Origin: Diadema antillarum
Lineage: Eukaryota
NCBI RefSeq assembly: GCF_040938485.1
Contig: NW_027271431.1
Span: 62,001 to 125,873 of the forward strand
DNA: 63,873 nt
Direction: 5' to 3'
Shown here: in pieces, positions 53,401 to 63,873 of the stretch
Position numbering within the stretch: the first letter of the stretch is position 1
How the letters are laid out: every line of letters starts with the position of its first letter
The notes under the pieces: model-generated
What the model saw: the letters and a program-made list of their open reading frames with translations, nothing else
What the model was told of the DNA's origin: nothing
The model's database searches: none
Translations under genes and position numbers: made by a program

Positions 53401-54906
53401 TAACGAAGCATTTCATTCATCTGCTTCCTTCCATTACTCAGTAAGCAAAGTAAATCCCATAGGCAGGGATTCGCCAAGTTATAGCTATAGGTGGGGCAAA
53501 CCTCCGACAAGTTTTGTGAACAAAGCATGAATAAAATCTGAATACATTACAGACCCGGTCTATCAGGAACCATCTCCCTGAGTCTATCAGCCATTGTATT
53601 TACAAAACGTAAAAACTCACGACTTTGTCTACGAATCAATCTGAACTTTACATAATCATCTTCATTATCTGTTCCTGTAAAGGGTTTGCGATAGTATTAT
53701 TTATTTATTTCATGGAACTGTCAAAATGTAATGATTGACCCCAAAACATTCTAGGCATTGCCAAGATTTGCAGACGTCACGTATGTGCCTTTTATGGGGG
53801 TTAAATCCTTTGGAAAATAATCTGTCATCATTCCTACTCACAAGATCATTGTTGTCTTCGTATTTCTTGTCACATGACTTTTAATGTCATTTTGATTATC
53901 AGTTCTCTCATCGACAGACGTCACAGAGCAGCATAAACTAAATAAATGAATTGAATTGAAAATTGAAAACTTTGAGTTGAATAAACATGTATTATCAGTT
54001 TCTTCCTTTGTGCTGTGAAAGGTTAGCATTACAACATTTCTTTCTTGAATAATTTGAATTCTTCATATCATACACATCGAAATAAGCCAATGGAGCGATG
54101 ACAGCCAAATTAAANNNNNNNNNNNNNNNNNNNNNNNNNNNNNNNNNNNNNNNNNNNNNNNNNNNNNNNNNNNNNNNNNNNNNNNNNNNNNNNNNNNNNN
54201 NNNNNNNNNNNNNNNNNNNNNNNNNNNNNNNNNNNNNNNNNNNNNNNNNNNNNNNNNNNNNNNNNNNNNNNNNNNNNNNNNNNNNNNNNNNTGTGTGGTT
54301 TGTGTGTGTGTTTGTTTGTGTTTTTCTTGTACTCTTCTGTCTGTTTGCAGTCCCTTCGGTACTCTTCATATTTTACCACTTGGTATTCAGGGCGAAACTA
54401 TTTTGTTTAGTGTTTTAAGTCAGTTTGATTTCCGCGCGACTTAATTTGAGTTCCACCAGTGATTGTGTTACAGACCCAAAAGTTGGCCCTTCTCATGTTT
54501 GCTTCCCGTGCTCGAAACATCTTACATCTCGGACAATGTTTACACCTGGCACCGATCTCTATGGTACTTGGTATAATTTGAGTGGTCTTTTTCTCTCCTA
54601 GTTTTCTCTTTTTATAACGCGACTCCTCAGAAGTGTGCCGACTTTTACGCCAGTGCTCATATTGATATAGGCCATTAACAAACTATCATAGCGTTTATCG
54701 TCACTCATAAGGGCTTTTCTCATTGGTATTCAGAGTGAACAGCGTGTCTGAACGATGTGTGCTCGTTGACTTTTTATTATAGTCAGTCCGAGCTGCTAAG
54801 CGTGGGAAATTTCTTCTCAAAACAGACAACCACGCCACGAGCATGGAGCATATTATTTTCTTATTTTAATTGTATAATATTGTATGAATATTTGATGTTT
54901 TAGATG

Positions 54907-55581
54907 TTTTAGATATGTTAGATACTTAGATGTTTCTTTTTTTTTGCATACTACTTTTGCTTCTCATGTTAAAAAAAGAGACAACAGATGAGTATTGTAA
55001 ACATTTGAGCCATTTCTTGCCTTAGATATGTATGACCTAATCTCTGCATGGTATGTAGATACATGAGTTCTTTCTGAGTTGCATTCTTATGTACCTGTTT
55101 ACATGTCAAACTCGCTGTCCTCGCCTGTAACTGGATGTAACTCACGTCTATCGCCGTTTTTTCGTGCATGTCAATGGTTTGGTTGCTGTACTTTGGAAAT
55201 CCCAGTAAAGGTTTCTATCACATTGGGGACAATAAAATAATGAAAATGGTAATCACGAAAATAGTGACGAATACAACTGATGATGACAAGAGGTTATAAT
55301 TATAAGAGAAATCAAGTATAATCCTTTAATTTTGTTATCATAGCAGCACAGCAAATTTATAATATTCTCTATGCAAATGTATGGTGTGAAAATAGTAGAA
55401 AACGATCTTTATGGTTACCGTTACCGTGTTACGTATCATGAAAATAAATACTGATATAACATATAATGTTATATCTCTATATAACTATGTATGTGTATAT
55501 AATTTAGTGTGTGTGTGGGCGTGTGTGTGTGCGTGTTTGATGTGTAACTACCGCAACAGTCTTGTATAGGAAGGGACCCAC
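54907..55581 (+). repeat. Block A of local duplication (second copy at 58447-59378)
   Basis: Near-identical sequence apart from a MITE inserted in the second copy. Confidence 0.93.
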
Positions 55582-55854
55582 TCTTTCTGTGGAACTCTTT
55601 CTGTGGATCACACCAAACGGAGAACCAAAAAGTGCTGTCAGCCACGGGAAGCCACGGACAGAGTTACCTGCGCAGGGAACAGCTTTTTATTGGTTGCGCA
55701 GTTCTCGGGATCGCGCCACCATTCGGCCTAACGCGTATAGTCAGCGAAAAAAAGAATCGATAAAAAGGGTCCAGAACTAGACTAGGAACAGGTGGGAAAG
55801 CGATTCATTGGTGCTTGTTGGACGAGATGGCGGGAGTAAAACTTCTCTCCTTAA

Positions 55855-56877
55855 AGATAATAAAAAGTTTTGGTACCTCAAAAGTTTCCCTGAATTTCCT
55901 TTTCTTGGTTTGTGTTTCACGTTAAAGTACGTTGTCTGTGAGAATTACTCGCCCCAAAGTGCTCTCATGTCTTAGTAATCATGCAATAATGGTTTCGTAC
56001 CAGCGCCGACGCCGTACAGCGTCGATAAATATTGTACGAAACCACTGACTGCGACCAGCAGCGTGCAGCCCATTGTACGCATAGCTAACTGCGACCAGCA
56101 GCCCCATATGCATAGCGTAATGGGGCTTCGCATTGTAGCATTCAGGATCATGACAGAATTAGTATCGCGGGTAGATGTCAACTTAAAATCCAAAAATTTC
56201 TTCGATTTGAAGACTTACCAATTAAGTTGAAGTATTGAAAACAGTCTTCGAACAACGTTTGGTTCTGCCAATAGTCCCTTTCTTTTCGAATTGATGACTG
56301 AATGTGACTCGGTCGAGAGGACCTTGGGAGAGCTACATACACTGACTAACACGGCCAGCGCATGCGCACACAAACATCTTATCCGTTGATGGATTTGAAA
56401 TTTGTGCGTAGCATGTGATGTGTTCGCATGCACTGGCTGTAGTATTCAGTGTACAGGTAGCTCTCCCAAGGTCCTCTCGGCCGAGTCTTATTCAGTCCTC
56501 AATTCGAACAGAAAGGGACTATATGAAGAACCAAACGTTGCCCGAAGCCTGTTTTCAATACTTCACCTTAATTGGTAAGTCTTCAAATTGAAGAATTTTT
56601 GGGATTTTAAGTTGACATTTATCCTGCGATACTAAATCTGTCATGATCCTGAATGCTACAATGCGAAGCCCCATTACGCTATGCGTATGGGACTGCTGGT
56701 CGCTATGCGTATGGGGCTGCTGGTCGCAGTTAATTGCATGATTACTAAGACATGAGAGCACTTTGGGGCGAGTAAGTCTCACAGTGTTAGTTATATGAAA
56801 GGTACTTTAACCTGAAACACAAACTAAGACAAGGAAATTCAAGAAAACTTTTGAGGTACCAAAACTTTTTATTATCT
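55855..56877. mobile_element. 1.02-kb near-complete palindrome (foldback) with TTAA target duplication, Kolobok-like AG...CT termini
   Basis: TTAA at 55851-55854 and 56878-56881. The arms pair over almost the whole length around a loop near 56375-56420. A nearly empty site is present at about 62237. Confidence 0.92.
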
Positions 56878-57251
56878 TTAAGTCACTTTGGCGGGTTTCA
56901 AAAAGTCGCCTTTTTTACCCCTCCTGTTTGCACACCTATACACTAGGCCTTGAACACTGCCTGGAGGAATGGAGGACCAGTAGGAATGTGGGTAGATGAG
57001 GTGTAGAGAAAAGAGATTTATTTGTAAATTTTCGGAAATACATTTCCTGTTGAGTTAATACTCTTTGTAAACCTGCAACAATGCCACTGATCAATTAAAA
57101 TGAGACGAATGGGTTTCTTCTAGGAGCCCTAATGTTTGATCAGTCAATAAACATGATCTAATGTGTTTTTTCGTAGAATCTCAATGTTTGCTCATGTGGA
57201 TGTTAATAACAACCACATTCCTTTCAATGTCATGAATATTGCGTGTCAGCT

Positions 57252-58193
57252 TTATTTATTCATTTCCATTCATATCCATTCATAGGGTGGATAGCCCTTT
57301 CAGCTCAAGGCTGATTTCCAAAGGGGTCCACATACATGTAAAAATACAACGTATACAAAACAATGAACAAATACAAACGTATGATAACTCTATAACAGCA
57401 AACTGGGAAAAAACAAGATATATAAGATTTTGCACAGTGGTCAAATGGGAACAAAGAAATTAACAAATAGATTAGACAAAATAAATGTAAAAATATAGTC
57501 TGAAACATTAAATGAAGAAATAAATCATACAATAGTTTACCAATTGTTAATCTAATATGGTAATAATAATCTAACAGATTTAGGAAATACAAAAACGATA
57601 AATAAAACAATAACTGAAACATTTTTTTGAAAATTTATACGGTAGTATACTGAATCATCTGATTAAATTAAATCATATTTATTAAAAGTATAATCAATCA
57701 ATAATCAATTAAAAACATAAGTAACAAATTAAATGAAGCATGTAAAATATGAATAATATTCAAAACATATGAAATTAAATATAAAATGCTTTGCAAATTA
57801 GAAATCAAATATGTCTACAGAATAAAAAGGAATGGTTTAAACAGAATAAAACAATGATAAATAAAAAGACTGTATAAAAAAGTATTAAATCATGCAATTG
57901 AATTAGATAATACTTTCAAGATAAAACCAACTTCGTTGTTAGGAATGATAAAAATAAGTTCATAATTAGATGAATATTCAAGTAAAAAACATAAGTCATA
58001 AATGAACGGATACGGTTTTAAGACAAAATTTAGTTACATAGTATATAAAAGAAGTATAAAGAATATAGGGTCGGCATGGTAATACAAATGGTTGGTGAAA
58101 TTGATTAAAGGCAAGAAAGATACATAGAATAAACAATGAAGAGGATTTGCGAAAGCGTTGATAAAATTAACACAATATTAATTACAACTAGAT
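57252..58193 (-). mobile_element. LINE 3' UTR fragment, reverse orientation
   Basis: Begins with a reversed AATAAA-rich tail (TTATTTATTCATTTCC) and a stem-loop at 57285-57330, flanked by AGCT repeats. Absent from the paralogous site at 62607-62610. Confidence 0.7.
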
Positions 58194-58845
58194 AGCTGAT
58201 AAGAATAGAATTGAGAGTAATGATTATGATAATGAAAATGATCACTAATGATGATAACAATATTCACTGTCACCACAGTGAATTCGCCATGAAACGGCAA
58301 CAACGACACAACATTGATGTCTACTCGTAGCAGAATAAAAAAGTGAGTTGACTATCTTTGCGGTGTAGAGCGATAGTCGACTTCGCGAATGTTACGACAG
58401 ACTGAGAATAATATCAAAGCTCGTAATGATTACACAGGTCTATAAGTTTTAGGTATGTTAGATATTTAGATGTTTCTTCTTTTTTTTGCATACTACTTTT
58501 GCTTCTCATGTTAAAAAGAAGAGACAACAGATGAGTATTTGTAAACATTTGAGCCATTTCTTGTCTTAGATATGTATGACCTAATCTCTGCATGGTATGT
58601 AGATACATGAGTTCTTTCTGAGTTGCATTCTTATGTACCTGTTTACATGTCAAACTCGCTGTCCTCGCCTGTAACTGGATGTAACTCACGTCTATCGCCG
58701 TTTTTTCGTGCATGTCAATGGTTTGGTTGCTGTACTTTGGAAATCCCAGTAAAGGTTTCTATCACATTAGGGACAATAAAATAATGAAAATGGTAATCAC
58801 GAAAATAGTGACGAATACAACTGATGATGACAAGAGGTTATAATT

Positions 58846-59094
58846 GAAGGGGTCGGTGCAGTATAGTGCTAACCCACACAATTGTCATTATGAGATAATC
58901 GCTGTTAAATGTTTGGAAAGTCCATACATTGTGCATTAATAAAACATGAATGCATGCATTTTTTACCATCTTATTGGTTGAATTCAAATATGATATTTTC
59001 ACGGAGGTTAGATTGAAGGGTAAGGATCATGAAAATGCATGTAACTCAATTTTGACAAAATTGTGGGTTAGCACTATATTGCACCGACCCCTTC
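58846..59094. mobile_element. 249-bp MITE with 4-bp AATT target duplication (Sola1-like target pattern)
   Basis: GAAGGGGTCGGTGCA...TGCACCGACCCCTTC with AATT on both sides. An exact empty site is at 55298-55301. Confidence 0.92.
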
Positions 59095-61158
59095 AATTAT
59101 AAGAGAAATCAATTATAATCCTTTAATTTTGTTATCATAGCAGCACAGCAAATTTATAATATTCTCTATGCAAATGTATGGTGTGAAAATAGTAGAAAAC
59201 GATCTTTATGGTTACCGTTACCGTGTTACGTATCATGAAAATAAATACTGATATAACATATAATGTTATATCTCTATATAACTATGTATGTGTATATAAT
59301 TTAGTGTGTGTGTGGGCGTGTGTGTGTGCGTGTTTGATGTGTAACTACCGCAACAGTCTTGTATAGGATGGGACCCACGCTCCATAGTTGCTAGGGATGT
59401 ACAATACTGTCAGGATTGAAAGCTGGGTGAAGAGAGCATCGAAGTCAAAAGAATAACAATGGTCCCATCATGATGTGCGTATTGTCCGCAACAACCATCT
59501 GCCACAAGAGAGGCTGTCTGGTGTATTCATACTTTGACGAAGAATGACGTCAAATCTTTTGTTTTCTTTGAATTCCTCCGTGAATTGGGTAACGTGTCAA
59601 TGTTCGGAAGTTTTGAGAGAGATTTGAGAAAGAAGAAAAGAAAGAAAAATAAATAACGAACTGTTTTCATCAAAGGTGCTGTGATGCAGCTTTTGTTAGA
59701 AATATTTAGTTTATGAAAAACTGACTGAATTCATTGTGTTTAGACTTCAGAGTAGATGATTAATGTATCCTGTATTGATGGGGTGGGTCTAAGAGATTTC
59801 TTTTTCCAGATTTACGCACAAAGAAGGGGAGAAAATAAGGGCATAAAATCTCAAATGTCTTCTTAAAGCTGTGAGGAAGTTGTACTAATATGTCCGGACA
59901 CAGACTTAGGTTTGAATGTCTTAAATAGTTAGTCTTCGTTCGGTGATTATTCTAATTGTCAAAGTTTTGCCATCAAATTGGTTTCTAATGTATCCTTGTA
60001 TGCCCAGATGTCTTTTTAATGGCTTATCTTATTTCATAGTAAGAGGAGATCGAATTCACCATTTTTTTTTTTCGTTTCAACAGTCTCTTATTTTCATACT
60101 TTGGTCTTATTTCATATCTTCGTTTGTCATATGAAAATTGATTGAATGAAATGCAAGGGTTCACTATCTTACACTTTGGCGTGCTGCTTGAGGTTGTAAG
60201 AAAAATAATCATTTAATTTGGCAGTAAAGTAAAGATGGACAAATTGTCAGGAGAAACATTTTCCTGACGTTATACAATGTACATTCAAAAACGCTCGAGG
60301 GTTGCTACATTACTGAGAGATTATATACAAAACTGATGAGCGCTGGGTGAATGAGAGTAACCACAGTATGTAAGTCTTGTGAGTGGCGTAGGTTATATCT
60401 CGATGTCGTGTTTACGGAAACAAGATCTTAGTCCCAGATAGCAAGGTGATGTAACAAGATTATGCATTTGATTAGATTTGTTTTGACGACAAATTAATCG
60501 CTTTTAATCGGCAAGGCAATCTGGCGATATCTTCATTCCCAAACAGATTTTTTAAGGCTGAGAGACGGACGTATTAAAATCCTTTGCGAAAATCGGTCAA
60601 TAAACTTTTTCAGGAGCAGCTAGGCCAGCATTGCCAAGTTTGTTCTGCTGTTGACTTGACTGGGAAAGCCACCAACACACGAATTACGATGTCACAGCGA
60701 AGCATACAAGCACTGACTAAATTGGAGAATCGTCACCCCCTTTTTATTCCTATATAGCCCTAGATAATTTTCCCCATACAGTTTCAAAACACAGGGAAAA
60801 AACTATCATCGTCAATAGCTGATTATTGACGACCTATATCGTAAACGTACAAAGAACAATAATACAAGATTACATGATATAACGTATAGATGTAACATTT
60901 TTTTGTCAATTATATTATATATGTATACATAATACATGCATATTATAATACATGCAAGCACATCTATGCAAAGTATATGGCGATGATCTCGTATGCACTT
61001 TACGAAATTAATTGCATGATTTGCCCAAGGGCGTTTTTTTTTCTCACCAAGGTCAAAGGCCAAGGTGAAAAAGTTCTCAGTGGCGCATGACAGCGCGAGC
61101 ATAATCTGTGTTAAAATGAATTATCTAATTGAAACCTGTGTTAAAAAGTCACCTTTTT

Positions 61159-61410
61159 GATAGGGGTCGGTGCAATATAGTGCTAACCCACACAATAGTC
61201 ATTTTGAGATAATCGCTGTTGAATGTTTGGAAAGTCCATACATTGTTCATTAATAAAACATGAATGCATGCATTTTTTTTACCATCTTATTGGTTGAATT
61301 CAAATATGATATTTTCACGGAGGTTAGAGTGAACGATAATGATTATGAAAGTGCATGTAACTCAATTTTGACAAAAGTGTGGGTTAGCACTATATTGCAC
61401 CGACCCCTTC
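61159..61410. mobile_element. Second copy of the 249-bp AATT MITE
   Basis: Same TIRs and internal sequence as 58846-59094, with a slightly decayed left end. Confidence 0.9.
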
Positions 61411-63637
61411 AATTGTTAATTACATGTGTAGATAGAGAAATATGTGATAGATTTTGTTTTCATTAATCTTATGGTATAATGCGTNNNNNNNNNNNNNNNN
61501 NNNNNNNNNNNNNNNNNNNNNNNNNNNNNNNNNNNNNNNNNNNNNNNNNNNNNNNNNNNNNNNNNNNNNNNNNNNNNNNNNNNNNNNNNNNNNNNNNNNN
61601 NNNNNNNNNNNNNNNNNNTCAGTAATGTTCGGCATGCAAATATGATAGAGTGTGGGTGCATCTTTAATAAAAGGGACAAAGAACAAACTTTTTGAAAACA
61701 AAAAAACAAACAAACAATTGAGAATCATGCTGGAGACATTTTCTAGCGTATTTCTTAGCAAAAGTAGGTAAATAAAGGACAGTAGGATATGACTGGCAAG
61801 CTACACGCTGGCAGTAACAGTTGGTCAAGCACATAGACCAACGCGATTTGCCGATCGTGAGGCGATTGGAAAACTTCGTTTAGAATGACATTATAAACTC
61901 TGATGTCTCTGTACTTGGCAATGATTCTGTGCCACAGTGTTGAGAGCACTGGGCTGTTTAACGGTCTATACAGTTTGGCAGGCGGGATCACACCAAACAG
62001 AGAACCAAAAAGTGCTGTCAGCCACGGGAAGCCACGGACAGAGTTACCTGCGCAGGGAACAGCTTTTTCTCGGTTGCGCAGTTCTCGGGATCGCGCCACC
62101 ACTCGGCCTAACGCGTATAGTCGGCGAAAAAAGTATCGATAAAAAGGGTCCAGAACTAGACTAAGAACAGCTGGGAAGGCGACTCATTGGAGCTTGCCTC
62201 GTTTTGGACGAGATGGCGGGAGTAAAACTTGTCTCCTAAGTCACTTTGGCGGGTTTCAAAAAGTCGCCTTTTTGACCCCTCCTGTTTGCACACCTACACC
62301 AGGCCTTGAACACTGCCTGGAGGAATGGAGGACCAATAGGAATGTGGGTAGATGAGGTGTAGAGAAAAGAGATTTATTTGTAAACTTTCGGAAATACATT
62401 TCCTGTTGAGTTAATACTCTTTTGTAAACCTGCAACAATTCCACTGATCAATTAAAATGAGACGAATGGGTTTCTTCTAGGAGCCCTAATGTTTGATCAA
62501 TCACTAAACATGACCCAAATGTGGTTTTTCGTAGAACCTCAAATATTTGCTCATTTGGATGTTAATAACAACCGCATTCCTTTCAATGTCATGAATATTG
62601 CGTGTCAGCTGATGATAAGAATAGAATTGGTAGTAATGATTATGATAATGATCGATGATGATGATGATAGTAACAATATTCACCACTACCGCAGCTCATT
62701 CGTCATGAAAGGGCAACAACAACACAACATCGATCAAGTTTGTTGATATCTATTCGTAACGGAATTAAAGGGGAGTTTACGATCTTTGCTGTGTTGAGCG
62801 ATAGTCGACTTCGCGAATGTTACGACAGAATGAGAATATCAATGCCTATTATGACGACACAGGTCTGATCCCTGTGGGTTGATATAAGTAGGATGGAAAC
62901 CATAGAATCATCAGTCCTGTCAGCGTCACCTTGAATGTCCCAGGGATGTCTGTCCTTGACACAATTGGTCCGCTGGTATTCAATGCAGCGATGTCTTTGT
63001 ACATAGCCTTTGGTGCCCTTGAACGAATATATTCTAAGCCTAATGCGCTTGCTGGCTTTGTATGCTGTTATCGTAATGTAAAATCTTCCGCTCTGTCGTT
63101 ACGGAAGGCAAACATGGCTATTTATTCCACTCACATCAAGAGAATTAACCTCAAATAAAAAAACAGTATGAAAAAAAGAGGAAGAAAAATACCATAAATG
63201 ATAACATCAAGTGCTACTAGTAATTCCTGCGTGTGTGTGTTCTCATACAATGTGTGTGCGTGCATGTCTGTGTGTGTGTTAAAATGTTTTTGCAAACTAT
63301 AACCTGTCAACGAACAGTCTTGCCTAGCTTTAGGCATGCAACGTGACATTTGTAGATGGATGGTGTATTTTTAATCTATACAGATTAAGGAAAACGTGGA
63401 AAAAAAAGAAATTATGTCACATTGGGCTAATTTACATATTCTCCTTTCCATTTTCTCTCTTTTGGCAAAATGGCTTCTTGCCATCGAACAAAACCTGCAT
63501 GATATGTGGCCTATAGTGTATGACAGTGGTTGGAAGTGTGCACTGATTTAGCGTACAATAAATGTATCTGAAGTTGCTTTAAATATAGGAGTACAGTAGT
63601 CAAATAATAATACGGTCTTTTTTAATCCAGGGTCATG

Positions 63638-63775
63638 AGGGTATCCTCTTCAGTGTTACCACTGCTCTACCAGAAGGCCCTGCCATTACTATTACCCCGG
63701 CGTTGCCAGGTACACATTTGTAAACCTGGGTCGAGAAGGACATGGTGGGTAAAAACATCTTGTCCAATGACATAG
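63638..63775 (-). mobile_element. SINE core/3' fragment (family of 10669-10760)
   Basis: The reverse complement aligns with 10669-10760 and extends into a TTGGACAAGATGTTTTTACCC...CCCAGGTTTACAAAT core-like segment. Confidence 0.65.
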
Positions 63776-63873
63776 AGGAAAAGGGTCGTAGTTGCGGAAT
63801 TATCAACCATACAACATGATTTTTATGATATTTTGTGATGACAAACCAATGGAAGAGTTTTTGATTTGGTGAA

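Larger units (their letters stand above)
55605..58441 (+). repeat. Block B-E of local duplication (second copy at 61985-62866), expanded by two insertions
   Basis: Colinear with 61985-62866 once 55855-56881 and 57252-58197 are removed. Confidence 0.88.

Noticed and set aside
61755-62164. Overlapping 75-115 aa ORFs in duplicated block B
   Set aside because: No homology recognised, and the frames are not preserved consistently in the paralog.
62880-63150. Possible minus-strand exon (GRFYITITAY...) behind a TTTGAG acceptor
   Set aside because: It has an in-frame stop, no donor and no recognisable domain.
65-63349. The many remaining 60-170 aa ORFs in the supplied track
   Set aside because: They are low-complexity translations of microsatellites, N-gaps or repeats with no domain signatures.

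Overview
AT-rich, intron- and repeat-dominated animal genomic DNA. The repeat style and gene suggest an echinoderm, probably a sea urchin; this is inference. The assembly has six N-gaps, some next to microsatellites. The only confidently identified gene is the 3' end of a Krueppel-like factor of the KLF6/7 group on the + strand: a 76-nt exon (13274-13349) and the terminal coding exon (18127-18310). I could not find its upstream exons, so positions 1-13273 are probably one large intron. The remainder is non-autonomous DNA transposons (many with TTAA target sites, several near-complete palindromes), CR1/L2-group LINE fragments, tRNA-derived SINEs, and a rearranged local duplication at 54.9-62.9 kb that exposes three filled/empty insertion-site pairs. 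Most interesting observations: (1) a tandem pair of decayed, codon-conserved copies of an unidentified, apparently secreted-protein gene (34.5-37.9 kb); (2) a retrocopy of mature tRNA-Pro carrying the CCA tail, with lesions at known modified positions (31931-31975); (3) an ETS-CRE composite motif and other motif clusters inside KLF introns; (4) unusual intron positions in the KLF zinc fingers. I found no evidence for a complete novel multi-gene system. All alignments were done by eye and no database searches were run.
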